DNA from: an uncultured Saprospiraceae bacterium
GTDB taxonomy: Bacteria; Bacteroidota; Bacteroidia; Chitinophagales; Saprospiraceae
Direction: 5' to 3'
Assembly (NCBI GenBank): GCA_964569025.1
Contig: CAZMSQ010000007.1
Location: 32,940-96,939, forward strand
Length of the DNA: 64,000 nucleotides
Of this stretch, positions 27,757 through 38,944 are shown piece after piece (positions within the stretch are counted from its first letter, which is position 1; each line of letters opens with the position of its first letter). Position numbers and translations under genes: made by a program. Below the pieces are notes generated by a model that did not search any database, was not told the origin of the DNA, and worked only from the letters and a program-made list of their open reading frames with translations.

Positions 27757-28779
27757 TTAGGGATGTTCCTCATGCTCACCGATTGGATCGGCGTTTAGCG
27801 CTTCCCAGAGTAAATCCTTAAGCTGGATAATTCCTTTGCCGGTGACGGCTGAGATAAACACATGGGGGATATGATTTGGGATTTCGGCTGAAAGCAACTC
27901 TTGAAGTTCTTCATCAATCAAGTCTGCCTTTGTGATGGCAAGCACCTGTGGTTTATCCAGCAATTCAGGGTTATACTCCTGAAGTTCATTCATCAATATG
28001 GCATATTCCTTTTTGATATTCTCTGTATCGCAGGGAATCATAAAGAGTAGGACCGCATTTCTCTCTATGTGTCGGAGGAATCTGTGCCCGAGTCCTTTTC
28101 CGAGGTGGGCATTTTCAATGATGCCTGGTATGTCTGCCATGACAAACGACCGGTGGTCGCGGTAGGCAACAATACCCAGATTCGGCGTCAGTGTGGTAAA
28201 GGGATAATTGGCAATCTTGGGTTTTGCGGCAGATACAACGGAGAGCAGGGTAGACTTTCCGGCATTCGGGAAACCAACCAAACCGACATCTGCGAGAGTT
28301 TTGAGCTCCAGAATCTTCCATTCCTCTTGACCCGGCTCTCCAGGTTGGGCATACCGAGGTGTTTGTCGTGTTGAAGATTTGAAGTGAGAATTTCCCAGTC
28401 CGCCACGCCCGCCATTGAGCAAGATGATGCGTTGCCCATGTTCAGTCACCTCGCATTCCACCTCGCCTGACTCTGCATTTTTGGCAACGGTGCCCAGTGG
28501 AACTTCCAGGATGACATCCTCCCCATCAGCACCAGACATATGGTTGCCTCCTCCGGGTTGACCGGCCTGGGCAATGACATGCTTTCGGTATTTCAGATGT
28601 AGGAGCGTCCACTTGTTGCGATTCCCTTCAAGGATGATATTTCCTCCCCTGCCACCATCTCCGCCATCAGGGCCACCTTTGGCGTTCGATTTTTCGCGAA
28701 GGAAATGGACAGACCCTGCACCCCCTGCTCCGGATCGGCAGCAGATTTTCACATAATCCACAAAATTGCGTTCCGACAT
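27757..28779 (-). CDS. obg: GTPase Obg/CgtA
   Basis: Obg fold with Gly-rich N-domain ([12 protein letters not shown]). G-motifs GFPNAGKST and DIPG. Confidence 0.95.
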   Translation of the reverse strand: MSERNFVDYVKICCRSGAGGAGSVHFLREKSNAKGGPDGGDGGRGGNIILEGNRNKWTLLHLKYRKHVIAQAGQPGGGNHMSGADGEDVILEVPLGTVAKNAESGEVECEVTEHGQRIILLNGGRGGLGNSHFKSSTRQTPRYAQPGEPGQEEWKILELKTLADVGLVGFPNAGKSTLLSVVSAAKPKIANYPFTTLTPNLGIVAYRDHRSFVMADIPGIIENAHLGKGLGHRFLRHIERNAVLLFMIPCDTENIKKEYAILMNELQEYNPELLDKPQVLAITKADLIDEELQELLSAEIPNHIPHVFISAVTGKGIIQLKDLLWEALNADPIGEHEEHP

Positions 28780-28818
28780 TGTGCTTGATGCGTTTTGGCT
28801 TCAGGGGCGATTCCAGCC

Positions 28819-29394
28819 TTATTGAAAGGTGTCAATGCGGGCACAAAGCCGCGCAAAGATCTCGTCAATTGACCCCATTCCGTCTATTTTCCACGACTTT
28901 CCTGATTGGGCATAATAACCGAAAACCGGAGCAGTTTCCTGCTCGTATACGGCAATTCGGTTCCGAATAATTCCTTCGTCGTTATCGTCTAGACGACCAG
29001 AGGTTTTTCCGCGGTTCAGGATTCTGTTGACAATTTCCTGCTCTGAAACATCGAGTGCAATGAGGCCTGAAATGCTGGTTCCTTTTCCTGTCAGCAAAGT
29101 ATCGAGTGCTTCAGCCTGGGGGATTGTGCGGGGAAATCCGTCAAAAATGAATCCGTTCGCTTCCGGATGAGCCTCTACCTTATTCTTAAGCATACCTACG
29201 GTCACTTCGTCAGGAACAAGTTCTCCTTTGGAAATGTATGCCTTTGCCTGTTTGCCGAGCTCCGTATCTGCACCCATTTCACTCCGGAATAAATCTCCGG
29301 TTGAAATATGAACCAAGCCGTACTTTTCTGCCAATCCGACTGCTTGAGTGCCTTTTCCCGAGCCGGGAGGGCCGAATAATATCAGGTTAATCAT
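28819..29394 (-). CDS. adk: Adenylate kinase
   Basis: P-loop MINLILFGPPGSGKGTQA. Confidence 0.95.
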   Translation of the reverse strand: MINLILFGPPGSGKGTQAVGLAEKYGLVHISTGDLFRSEMGADTELGKQAKAYISKGELVPDEVTVGMLKNKVEAHPEANGFIFDGFPRTIPQAEALDTLLTGKGTSISGLIALDVSEQEIVNRILNRGKTSGRLDDNDEGIIRNRIAVYEQETAPVFGYYAQSGKSWKIDGMGSIDEIFARLCARIDTFQ

Positions 29395-29509
29395 GAATCC
29401 GATCGTTTATAGATGAGGGATTGCAAACTTGCGGAGTTAGCCAAGATACAAAATTTTCATGGCATCCTGACGCTCAGGAGCGCTGATCCTTGCCTTCAGG
29501 AGTGCTGCG

Positions 29510-30295
29510 TTAATCCTTTGGCCGATTGAGGCTGAAAGAATCTCGATCTTCGAGAAATGCAAATTTTTGGCGGTAGGCATGCAGCAATTCCCAATCCAGA
29601 CTGGTGGTTGCGACCTGTTCGGAATGGGCCATATGCGTCAGAATCCTTCCACTGTAGTCAATCACCATGGAATCTCCATCATAGGTATGCCCGTTAGCGT
29701 CCAGACCAACCCGATTTACTCCGATGGTATAGGCTTGATTTTCAATAGCCCGGGCGGTAAGCAGGCTGCGCCAATGGTGTCCTCTGGCAGAGGGCCAATT
29801 GGCAACGTACAGCAGTACATCATAGCCTGATGTGTTGCGGCTCCAGACAGGAAAGCGAAGATCGTAACAGATGAGTGGGAAAATTTTCCAGCCTTTATAC
29901 GTTATGAGCCTTTGACTTTCACCCGGACTGTAAAACTGATGTTCCCCAGCGTGGCTAAAGAGGTGATGCTTGTCGTAGGTGATGGAGCTCCCATCGGGAT
30001 TAACCCACAAGAGACGATTGAAGATTTGCCCGTCTTCCTTGACAATGATGCTGCCTGTAATGGCGGCCTGCAATTTGACTGCCTGGCTTTGCATCCATCC
30101 AAATGTGGGGCCTTTGGGAGGTTCCGCCAATTGCTCAGCAGACATGGAAAATCCTGTGGTAAACATCTCAGGAAGGACTACAAGATCTGTTTTTCCTCTA
30201 AGGTCCGAAATCTTTAGGCCAATAGCCTTGAGATTCTCTCTTGGAGATTCCCAGACTAAGTCGGTTTGCACCGTTGAAATATTCAGCGCGTACAT
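29510..30295 (-). CDS. Carbon-nitrogen hydrolase family amidohydrolase (omega-amidase/YafV-like)
   Basis: Nitrilase-superfamily catalytic Glu (LVVLPEMF), Lys, and Cys (ICYDLRFP). Confidence 0.85.
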   Translation of the reverse strand: MYALNISTVQTDLVWESPRENLKAIGLKISDLRGKTDLVVLPEMFTTGFSMSAEQLAEPPKGPTFGWMQSQAVKLQAAITGSIIVKEDGQIFNRLLWVNPDGSSITYDKHHLFSHAGEHQFYSPGESQRLITYKGWKIFPLICYDLRFPVWSRNTSGYDVLLYVANWPSARGHHWRSLLTARAIENQAYTIGVNRVGLDANGHTYDGDSMVIDYSGRILTHMAHSEQVATTSLDWELLHAYRQKFAFLEDRDSFSLNRPKD

Positions 30296-30328
30296 ACCTT
30301 CTTTCTCATTGTAAGGGATACCCTGAAA

Positions 30329-30931
30329 TTAGGCGTTTTCTCCTTTGGCGGTGGCCTTTTTCTCTGCAGTGGCTGCAGAACGCATCGAACGAGGAATATT
30401 TATGGTCGCGACCGGAATGGCCGGGGCGTTCATAATTTCGATTCCATCTCGTGCTTCAATGTCCCGAACCCGAATCGACTGACCCATTTCGAGTTTGGAA
30501 ATATCAACGAGTAATTGGTCGACTAAGTGCTCAGGTGTCGTCAGAACTTTTGCACGGCGCATTTTCTGGATGAGCTTTCCTCCAAGGCGAACGCCCGGGG
30601 AGTCACCCTTAAAGCGGACAGGAAGTTCTACTTTCACTTTTTTGCCCGGAGAGAGCTGAAGGAAATCAATATGTTGGACCTCATCTGTGACAGGATGATA
30701 TTGAACGTCTTTCAGGATGCAGCGAAGAGAGTCAGGACCGATTGTCAACTCAGCAATCTGAAAGTTTGGTGAATAGACCAGAGGTCTGACCGCCATGGGC
30801 TCCAAATAAATGTGGATAGGCTGATCACCACCATAAATGACAGCCGGAATATGTCCTTGTTCGCGAACCTTCCGGCTCGATGATTTGCCTGTGCTCTCCC
30901 TGTGCTGAGCGGAGATCGTGAGGGTGTTCAT
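30329..30931 (-). CDS. rplY: 50S ribosomal protein L25/general stress protein Ctc
   Basis: MNTLTISAQHRESTGKSSSRKVREQGHIPAVIYGG is the L25 N-domain. Start placed at ATG 30931. Confidence 0.85.
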   Translation of the reverse strand: MNTLTISAQHRESTGKSSSRKVREQGHIPAVIYGGDQPIHIYLEPMAVRPLVYSPNFQIAELTIGPDSLRCILKDVQYHPVTDEVQHIDFLQLSPGKKVKVELPVRFKGDSPGVRLGGKLIQKMRRAKVLTTPEHLVDQLLVDISKLEMGQSIRVRDIEARDGIEIMNAPAIPVATINIPRSMRSAATAEKKATAKGENA

Positions 30932-31012
30932 GATATCCTGTTTTTTAAGCGATCCAATGATTATCAATTGGGCACGCAAAGGTAAGAAAAAAAAGAATAG
31001 ATAACTCCCTTT

Positions 31013-31948
31013 TTATTCTCCCTCAACGAAAAGAGCTGAGATTGATCGGTGCTCATGGGTATTGCGAATGGCCCGCGCAAACAATTTGGCAGTAGACAGT
31101 TGCTTAATTTTTGAAGACTCTTGTTTCAAGGGGATTGTGTCGCAGACAATCAGCTCTTCAAGTCTGGATTGCTCAATGGTTTCGTAGGCTTTTCCTGAAA
31201 GAACCGGATGGGCGCAAATCGCTCTGACGCTTCTGGCTCCTTTTTCCATGATGATGTTTGCAGCTCTTGAAAGCGTGCCGGCTGTATCGATGATGTCATC
31301 AACAAGGACCACATCTGCATCAGTCACATCTCCGATAACGGTCATCCCTGCGACTTCATTTGCTTTTTTTCGGTATTTGTCACAGATGACGAGACCGCGT
31401 TCAAAGTGCTTGGCATAGGTACGGGCACGTTTTACGCCACCCACATCCGGGGAGGCAAACACGGTCTGGCTCAAATCAAGATTCTGCAGCCACGGAATAA
31501 AAATTGCCTCGCTCCGCAGATGGTCAACCGGGATGTCAAAGAAGCCCTGGATTTGGTCGGCATGAAGATCCATGGTCATTATCCGGTCAGCACCGGCAGC
31601 CTCGAGCAGGTTCGCGATCAGTTTGGAAGATATTGGCACTCTGGGTTTGTCTTTCCGGTCTTGTCTGGCGTACCCGAAATACGGAATAACCGCCGTTATA
31701 TACCCGGCGCTCGCCCTCTTGGCAGCATCTATCATGAGCAGAAGCTCAAGGATATTGTCTGCGGGCGCAAAGGAAGACTGAATTAAAAAGACGTAAGCTC
31801 CCCGAACAGACTCATTGATGACTGGGTGCATCTCTCCGTCACTGAATCGCTTCAACGAAATATCGCCAAGCTTGAGGCCATAATAATCTGAAATCTTCTC
31901 AGCCAGATACTTAGAACTGGTCCCTGAAAAGAGCTTTACGTCAACCAT
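31013..31948 (-). CDS. prs: Ribose-phosphate pyrophosphokinase
   Basis: PRPP synthetase motifs, including the PRPP-binding loop DDIIDTAGT. Confidence 0.95.
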   Translation of the reverse strand: MVDVKLFSGTSSKYLAEKISDYYGLKLGDISLKRFSDGEMHPVINESVRGAYVFLIQSSFAPADNILELLLMIDAAKRASAGYITAVIPYFGYARQDRKDKPRVPISSKLIANLLEAAGADRIMTMDLHADQIQGFFDIPVDHLRSEAIFIPWLQNLDLSQTVFASPDVGGVKRARTYAKHFERGLVICDKYRKKANEVAGMTVIGDVTDADVVLVDDIIDTAGTLSRAANIIMEKGARSVRAICAHPVLSGKAYETIEQSRLEELIVCDTIPLKQESSKIKQLSTAKLFARAIRNTHEHRSISALFVEGE

Positions 31949-32164
31949 GGTGAAAGGGGAATTGTGCTTCTACAAGTTAAGTGCCTTGACAAAGGTATGA
32001 ATCCAAATGGAGGAATGAAACTTTTCATCCGACACATTTTACCGAAGAATCTGTGAAGTTAGTCGATGAGGGTGGGAGAATTCCAGAAATAATGCTCAAT
32101 TTAGGACATGTGTTGAGTGCTCAAAGGAAGAAAGCACCCAAATTGACGCATCAGGTAATCAAAT

Positions 32165-32791
32165 GTGACTATGCTCCAGATTCAATTGAGTGAATGGTGG
32201 GATCTCCTTTCCGAAACGCAGAAAGTTTTCTGGGGGGTCTCCATTATTTTTTCCGTCCTCTTTCTGATCCAGTTTGTGGTCAGCCTGTTCGGTGTTGACT
32301 TTGATGGGGACGCGGATGTAGATTTCGAAACCGATGGTCATGCGGTGCCGCAAGGGACGACCATGGACGGGGATTTTGCCTTGTTTTCCGTGCGGAGTGT
32401 CATTGCGTTTTTCACTTTCTTCGGGTGGACAGGTGTACTTGCTCTTCATGGGGGGGCGAGTGTCTTGGTGACAGTTATTTTGTCGAGTCTTTCCGGCATG
32501 GCTGCCATGCTCCTGGTTGCTTTTATGATGTTTTGGTTTTCGCGTCTGACACAGTCTGGTACGCTTGATATCCAGGAGGCCGTCCACAAACGCGGAGAGG
32601 TATACCTGCCCGTACCTGCACACAAACTTGGGGTCGGGAAAGTTCACGTTCAACTCAAAGGCTCCTTACGGGAGATGGATGCCGTCACGGACGGTGACGC
32701 ACTCTCCACCGGGACTCCGGTTCGCATTCTCGAAGTCATCGACGGAGAGGTTTTACTGGTCGAGAAAGGAGAGCCCCTCCTTCACCAATAA
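32165..32791 (+). CDS. NfeD/YqiJ-like membrane protein (OB-fold C-domain), partner of flotillin
   Basis: N-terminal transmembrane helices, a C-terminal soluble beta-domain, and position directly upstream of a flotillin gene. Confidence 0.65.
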   Translation: MTMLQIQLSEWWDLLSETQKVFWGVSIIFSVLFLIQFVVSLFGVDFDGDADVDFETDGHAVPQGTTMDGDFALFSVRSVIAFFTFFGWTGVLALHGGASVLVTVILSSLSGMAAMLLVAFMMFWFSRLTQSGTLDIQEAVHKRGEVYLPVPAHKLGVGKVHVQLKGSLREMDAVTDGDALSTGTPVRILEVIDGEVLLVEKGEPLLHQ

Positions 32792-32821
32792 TATTCTCAC
32801 ATATTCAAAACATTCAAAGCT

Positions 32822-34264
32822 ATGGGTGCAGGTTCTTTTATCATCATTCTCGCAGGATTCATCGGACTCCTATTCCTGATGCTTTTGTTTTTCATCGCTC
32901 GGTACAAGAGGTGTCCGTCAGACCAGATTCTGGTCATATACGGTCGGACCGGCTCGGGATCTGCGCGTTGCCTCGCCGGGGGTGCAGCATTTGTGTGGCC
33001 TGTGATTCAGGCCTATGAATACCTTGATCTTTCCCCCATCTCGATAGATGTGGATTTGCAGGGAGCCTTAAGCAAGCAAAATATTCGGGTCGGAGTCCCG
33101 AGTCGCTTCACAGTGGCGGTCTCCAACCAGGAAGGCGTCATGCTCAACGCTGCGGAGCGTCTTCTCGGAAAAAGTATTACGGAAATCAGAGACATTGCCA
33201 AAGATATCATCTTCGGTCAGCTCCGTCTTGTAGTGGCTACCATGGATATCGAAGAAATCAACTCCGACAGAGATAAGTTTTTAACGAATGTCAGCAACAA
33301 TGTCGGGAGTGAGCTTCGCAAAATTGGGCTTCAACTGATCAATGTCAATGTAACGGATATCCATGACGAGTCTGGGTATATTGAAGCCTTGGGTAAGGAG
33401 GCTGCAGCCAAGGCCATCAATGAGGCCAAGAAGATTGTAGCTGAGAAAAATCGAGACGGTTCGGTCGGTGAGGCCGAGGCACAGCGTGACCAGCGCATCA
33501 AGGTAGCTGCAGCGGATGCGGAGGCCAAGATTGGGGAGGCCAATGCAGATGCGAATTCCACCCACGGGAAAAACGAGGCAGCAGTCCGCATCGCCCAGTC
33601 GAATGCAGAGCGGCGGGTCAGAGAAGCCGATGCTCAGCGTCTCGCGACAGCCGCCGAGAAGATACAGGCCGCCAAGGCTATGGAGGAATCCTATCAGGCC
33701 CAGCGAGAAGCAGAGCAAGCCAGAGCCCTGCTCGAGAAGGCAACCAAAGAAGCTGATGCCATCGTTCAGGCAGAAATCGCAAAACGAGAAGTAGAAATTC
33801 AGGCCGATGCCGAGGCCGAACGGCTGCGCCGCCTCGCAAAAGGTGAGGCCGATGCAATCTATGCCAAGCGAGAGGCTGAAGCGCGCGGTATCCTTGAAAT
33901 TCTGAACCGACAGGCAGAAGGATTCGACCGCATCGTGAAAGCCGCAAATGGCAACACCCGCGATGCTGTACTCATGGTGATTGCTGATAAACTTGAAGAA
34001 CTCGTCAAAACCCAGGTCGAAGCCATCAAAAATATCAAAATCGATAAGGTAACTGTCTGGGAAAATGGTCAACAACAGGAAGGAAACGGGAATTCGACAT
34101 CACGCTTTGTATCAGGCCTCTACAAAAGTGTGCCTCCGCTGAGTGATTTGTTTAATATGGCAGGTATGGACCTTCCGGCCTATCTTGGAGCTAAAGGAGA
34201 CGAATCTGATGGAAATCCGACCGAGGAAGAAAATCGCACTTCCAATCCCGGACATGATGCGTGA
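32822..34264 (+). CDS. Flotillin/SPFH-domain protein (YqiK-like)
   Basis: N-terminal transmembrane segment, SPFH domain, then Ala/Glu-rich coiled-coil (AEAQRDQRIKVAAADAEAKIGEA…). Confidence 0.85.
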   Translation: MGAGSFIIILAGFIGLLFLMLLFFIARYKRCPSDQILVIYGRTGSGSARCLAGGAAFVWPVIQAYEYLDLSPISIDVDLQGALSKQNIRVGVPSRFTVAVSNQEGVMLNAAERLLGKSITEIRDIAKDIIFGQLRLVVATMDIEEINSDRDKFLTNVSNNVGSELRKIGLQLINVNVTDIHDESGYIEALGKEAAAKAINEAKKIVAEKNRDGSVGEAEAQRDQRIKVAAADAEAKIGEANADANSTHGKNEAAVRIAQSNAERRVREADAQRLATAAEKIQAAKAMEESYQAQREAEQARALLEKATKEADAIVQAEIAKREVEIQADAEAERLRRLAKGEADAIYAKREAEARGILEILNRQAEGFDRIVKAANGNTRDAVLMVIADKLEELVKTQVEAIKNIKIDKVTVWENGQQQEGNGNSTSRFVSGLYKSVPPLSDLFNMAGMDLPAYLGAKGDESDGNPTEEENRTSNPGHDA

Positions 34265-34268
34265 TGAA

Positions 34269-35996
34269 CTATTCAGCTGAAACTGCTGCGGAATAGCGAT
34301 ACTGTCCGCCGACAATGGTGTGAAGGACCCGGGCCTGAAGCAGTTGTTCCTCTGGACAATTGAACAGATCTGTATCAAGGATGACAAGATCGGCAAGCTT
34401 GCCAGGGGTCAGCGATCCCTTCTTTTCGGATTCAAAGGCAGCCCGGGCATTACCCATCGTGTACGAGTACAGGGCTTCTTGGCGGGTCATGCACTGTTCC
34501 GGAAAAAATGCTTCGCTGCCGTCTTCGCGTTTTCTGGTGACCGAGGCATACAGGCACTTCAGCGGGTCTACGTCTTCGACCGGGGCGTCTGTTCCATTTG
34601 CGACGTGCACGCCCGCATCCAAAAGGCTGCGCCATGGATAAGCCCCTTGCCGGGCCCGAGCTTCTCCGAGTCGTCTGACGACAAAAGGTGCATCTGATGT
34701 GCAGTGGATGCCCTGCATTGAGGCAATGACATCCAGTTTGCGAAATCGCGGAATATCAGTAGTGTCGAGGTGCTGGGCATGTTCTACTCTCCAACGCAAA
34801 TCCCGGGCTTCTGGATTGGCATCGAATACCCGGCTGTAAAGATCGAGCAATTCCCGATTGGCACGATCACCGATTGCATGCACGCACAGCTGCATTCCGG
34901 CGGACATAGCCAGGCTCGCTATTTCTTCAAGCTCACTGATCTGCGTCACGTTCTGACCGGTGAATCCGGGCTTGTCGCGGTATGGTTGTAACAGCCATGC
35001 ACCAAAGGAGCCCAGGGCTCCATCCAGGTAAGCTTTGATGGCCCGGCAGGTGAGAAAATCTCTGCCGGCACCGATTACCGGAAAACCTTTAAGCCCGGCT
35101 TCAAGACGCTCAGGTGATTCATTCAGCATGACCCACAGCCGCAGGTTCAGAGCGTCACTTACAGCCAGCGAGCGATAGCGCTCAACTTCCTCAAATGAGG
35201 AGCCTGCGTCCTGAAATGATGTAATGCCCTTGGAGAGACATTCCTGCTCAGCGACTTCCACGGCCTTGTGCCAATCTCCCAGCTTCGCTGATTCAGGCAA
35301 TAAATCGCGCCATCTCTCATAGACTCCTGTAATCAGGCGCTCCGCATTTTCTTCAAAGACCCCTGTTGCATGTCCTGCCTCATCTCTGACGATTACACCA
35401 CCTCTCGGTGATCTGGTCTCCGGATTGATACCTGCCAGCGACATTGCCGCCGCATTGGCAAAAATGGCATGACCGCTCGCATGGTGAAGCATCACAGGGT
35501 GGTCAGGGGAGATGGCACTGAGCTTTTCATGAAAAGGATATCCTCCGACGGCACCTGCCGGCACAGAGTCCCACTTCTCCTGATGCCAGCCCCGGCCCAC
35601 AATCCACTGGCCTGCTGGTGTTTCCGCCACGCGGTCGGCCACACGGTTAATAACTTCCTCCCAACTCTTGGTATCATTGAGATTCAGCCTGACCAGACTT
35701 TCCCCAAGCGCATGAAAATGACCATGCCCTTCAATAAACCCGGGCATCACAAACTGACCACCTAAATCCTGAACCCGGGTGTCAGATCCTGCATATGTCA
35801 TGACCTTTGACTCACTGCCCACCACAAGAATCCTGTCGCCTTGTATGGCCAATGCCTGAGCTACAGGCTGGCCTTCATCCATAGTATATATGGTCCCGTT
35901 TTTTAGGATAAGGTCTGCCTCTTCTCTGGGTGAACACCCAGTGACAAAGTACAAGACCACACATGCAAAAATCCAGAAGCGGAGGTCTCTTTTCAT
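34269..35996 (-). CDS. Amidohydrolase-3 family metal-dependent hydrolase, lipoprotein
   Basis: Lipobox …VTGCSPRE. Metal-binding motif HGHFHALGESL and an amidohydrolase TIM-barrel pattern. Confidence 0.8.
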   Translation of the reverse strand: MKRDLRFWIFACVVLYFVTGCSPREEADLILKNGTIYTMDEGQPVAQALAIQGDRILVVGSESKVMTYAGSDTRVQDLGGQFVMPGFIEGHGHFHALGESLVRLNLNDTKSWEEVINRVADRVAETPAGQWIVGRGWHQEKWDSVPAGAVGGYPFHEKLSAISPDHPVMLHHASGHAIFANAAAMSLAGINPETRSPRGGVIVRDEAGHATGVFEENAERLITGVYERWRDLLPESAKLGDWHKAVEVAEQECLSKGITSFQDAGSSFEEVERYRSLAVSDALNLRLWVMLNESPERLEAGLKGFPVIGAGRDFLTCRAIKAYLDGALGSFGAWLLQPYRDKPGFTGQNVTQISELEEIASLAMSAGMQLCVHAIGDRANRELLDLYSRVFDANPEARDLRWRVEHAQHLDTTDIPRFRKLDVIASMQGIHCTSDAPFVVRRLGEARARQGAYPWRSLLDAGVHVANGTDAPVEDVDPLKCLYASVTRKREDGSEAFFPEQCMTRQEALYSYTMGNARAAFESEKKGSLTPGKLADLVILDTDLFNCPEEQLLQARVLHTIVGGQYRYSAAVSAE

Positions 35997-36091
35997 CTTG
36001 TGGCTAATTATCTCTTTCAGTGATTTTCAGAACATCAGACGTATCTTCGCGTTTTCCTACTCCCTTTTCATTTCTCCAAACACTACATGAC

Positions 36092-38944
36092 ATGCCTGCT
36101 GTCACTTCTCATACCACTGCCCCAGACTCCGGGCAGTTGCCCAAAAATACAATCTTTATTAAGGGCGCAAAGGGCAATAACCTGAAAAATATCGATGTCT
36201 TCATTCCAAAAGGAAAGTTGGTGGTGGTCACGGGAGTTTCAGGCTCCGGAAAGTCCTCCCTCACTATGGACACTCTTTTTGCAGAAGGTCAGCGTCGTTA
36301 TGTCGAAAGTCTCTCCTCCTATGCCCGCCAGTTTTTGATGCGGATGAAAAAGCCCGAGGTGGATTTCATCAAGGGAATCTGCCCAGCCATCGCCATCGAG
36401 CAAAAAGTCAGTACCACCAACGCTCGCTCGACTGTCGGTACGCTCACAGAAATTTATGATTATCTCCGCCTTTTGTACGCGAGAGCAGGAGTTACCATAT
36501 CTCCTGTTTCCGGGCATCCAGTCAAAAAGCACGAAGTTTCAGATGTCATCGATTACATCGAAGGAGCCCGGGAGGGCGACAAAGTGCTTCTGCTCTCGCC
36601 TATAACAACCCGCTATGCAGACCGCACGCTTGAGCAAGAACTCAACCTGCTCCTGCAAAAAGGTTATACCCGGATTATGGCACATGGGGAAATGATTTAC
36701 GCTGAGGATATGCTCGGAAACCAGAAATGGGATGTCTCTAAAACTCTGAATCATTATACAGACAGCCAGTTGAGTATTCTCATTGACAGGTTTGTTATTG
36801 CCCATGATGATGCTGAAAACTGGAAACGGATTGCAGACTCTGTTCAGACCGCATTTTATGAGAGTGAAGGAGAATGCGTGGTGCAAATAGCTGGGGAAAA
36901 GGAGGCATCGTTTAATAACAGGTTTGAGCTGGATGGCATAGAATTTCCCGAGCCCACTCCTCAGCTATTCAATTTCAACAATCCCTACGGTGCCTGCCCC
37001 CGGTGCGAGGGGTTCAGCAAGGTCATGGGAATTGATGAAGACAAGGTCATCCCTGACCCGTCTCTCTCAGTCTACGAGGGTGCCATAGCGTGTTGGAGAG
37101 GTGAAAAGCTCGGGCAGTGGCTTGAAAATTTTCTCCGAGTAGCCCACCACCATGATTTTCCCGTTCACAGGGCTTATCAGGACCTGAATCAAGCCGAGCG
37201 GCAGCTGCTTTGGAAAGGGGGGAAAGGGTTTGGGGGAATCTATGATTTTTTCGCTGAGCTGGAGGAAAAGACCTACAAAATCCAAAACAGGGTCATGTTG
37301 GCTCGCTACCGTGGACGGACAATCTGCCCGGAATGCCGTGGAGGGCGCCTGCGCAAAGAGGCGACCTACGTGAAAGTAGGAGGGAAAAGTCTGCCAGAAT
37401 TGATGGAGTTACCGATCGATCAGCTGTCTGCATTTTTTGAGACTTTGACCTTCGATCAGTCAATGGAAGCAATCGCCAATCGGCTCCTTCCGGAAGTGAA
37501 CAACCGTCTGCAGTTCATGCTTAACGTCGGCCTCAGCTACCTTACACTCGGACGACTGTCGAACTCCCTGAGCGGGGGTGAAACTCAACGCATCAATTTG
37601 ACACGTACCCTTGGCTCCAACCTGACATCCTCTATGTACATACTCGATGAGCCAAGCATCGGACTGCACCCACGCGATACGAGCCGGTTGGTCGGAGTGC
37701 TTAAAACCCTCAGGGATCTCGGCAACACGGTCGTGGTAGTCGAACACGAGGAAGACATCATCGCCAATGCCGACTATCTCATTGATATCGGCCCGGAGGC
37801 CGGAGTGCACGGCGGAGAGGTGGTTTTTGCCGGCCCCTATCATCACATCTACAACGAGGCTCCAGCCAGCCTGACTGCCGGTTACATGAGTGGCACCATG
37901 CAAATCCCACTACCTGCCAATCGGCGGACGGCACGCCATCACCTCCATGTCATTGGCGCGAGACAGCACAATCTCAAGCAAATTGATGTGACCTTTCCTC
38001 TCAATACCCTGACCGTGGTAAGCGGTGTATCCGGTTCTGGGAAGACAACTTTGGTCAAATCCATTCTCTATCCCGCCCTCATGCGTGCAGCCGGGGGTGG
38101 TTACTCCGGGACCCCCGGAAAATTCTCAGAGCTCAGTGGAGATGTCAGAAGGCTGACAGCGATCGAAATGATATCTCAAAGCCCGATCGGGCGCTCCAGC
38201 CGCTCGAATCCGGTGACGTATGTCAAGGCATACGACGCCATCAGAGCGATGATGGCCGGACAACAACTCTCCATCATCCGAGGATTTCAGCCCAGACATT
38301 TTTCCTTCAATGTGGAAGGGGGAAGGTGCGAAGAATGCAAAGGGGAGGGTGAGCAGGTCGTCGAAATGCAGTTTCTTGCCGATGTGCGTCTGGAGTGTGA
38401 GGCCTGCCGTGGCAAGAGATTCAAAAATGAGGTGCTTGATGTGGAGTACAAAGGGAAAAATATCTTCGATATCCTCAATATGAGTGTCGAGGAGGCACTT
38501 ACATTTTTTGAAACAGAAAAAGATATTTCTGCCAAACTGCAGCCACTCGCAGATGTGGGGTTGGGGTATGTCAAGCTGGGACAATCCTCGAGCACATTAT
38601 CCGGCGGAGAGGCCCAGCGGGTTAAGCTGGCAGCTTTTCTCGGGCGCGGCAAAACCAGTGAACACATCTTTTTTATCTTCGATGAACCCACCACCGGACT
38701 CCATTTCCATGATATTCGAAAACTACTGACCGCCTTGAACGCGCTGGTTGAAAACGGCCATACGGTCGTCGTGGTCGAACACAATCTCGAAGTGATTAAA
38801 TCAGCCGACTGGCTGATTGACCTGGGTCCCGAGGGGGGTATACACGGAGGTCATCTTGTGGGGCAAGGGACTCCTGAGGAGCTTGCAGCCAACCCTGATT
38901 CACTGACCGGATTTTATCTGCGTGAAAAGCTGAATGTCATTTGA
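36092..38944 (+). CDS. uvrA: Excinuclease ABC subunit A
   Basis: Two ABC modules: GVSGSGKSSL twice, LSGGE signatures, and Zn-finger Cys pairs. Start placed at ATG 36092. Confidence 0.95.
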   Translation: MPAVTSHTTAPDSGQLPKNTIFIKGAKGNNLKNIDVFIPKGKLVVVTGVSGSGKSSLTMDTLFAEGQRRYVESLSSYARQFLMRMKKPEVDFIKGICPAIAIEQKVSTTNARSTVGTLTEIYDYLRLLYARAGVTISPVSGHPVKKHEVSDVIDYIEGAREGDKVLLLSPITTRYADRTLEQELNLLLQKGYTRIMAHGEMIYAEDMLGNQKWDVSKTLNHYTDSQLSILIDRFVIAHDDAENWKRIADSVQTAFYESEGECVVQIAGEKEASFNNRFELDGIEFPEPTPQLFNFNNPYGACPRCEGFSKVMGIDEDKVIPDPSLSVYEGAIACWRGEKLGQWLENFLRVAHHHDFPVHRAYQDLNQAERQLLWKGGKGFGGIYDFFAELEEKTYKIQNRVMLARYRGRTICPECRGGRLRKEATYVKVGGKSLPELMELPIDQLSAFFETLTFDQSMEAIANRLLPEVNNRLQFMLNVGLSYLTLGRLSNSLSGGETQRINLTRTLGSNLTSSMYILDEPSIGLHPRDTSRLVGVLKTLRDLGNTVVVVEHEEDIIANADYLIDIGPEAGVHGGEVVFAGPYHHIYNEAPASLTAGYMSGTMQIPLPANRRTARHHLHVIGARQHNLKQIDVTFPLNTLTVVSGVSGSGKTTLVKSILYPALMRAAGGGYSGTPGKFSELSGDVRRLTAIEMISQSPIGRSSRSNPVTYVKAYDAIRAMMAGQQLSIIRGFQPRHFSFNVEGGRCEECKGEGEQVVEMQFLADVRLECEACRGKRFKNEVLDVEYKGKNIFDILNMSVEEALTFFETEKDISAKLQPLADVGLGYVKLGQSSSTLSGGEAQRVKLAAFLGRGKTSEHIFFIFDEPTTGLHFHDIRKLLTALNALVENGHTVVVVEHNLEVIKSADWLIDLGPEGGIHGGHLVGQGTPEELAANPDSLTGFYLREKLNVI

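Noticed and set aside
33281-34075. 264-aa minus-strand ORF inside the flotillin gene.
   Set aside because: It sits in the Ala/Glu-rich coiled-coil coding stretch, whose reverse complement is also open. Flotillin homology on the plus strand is clear.
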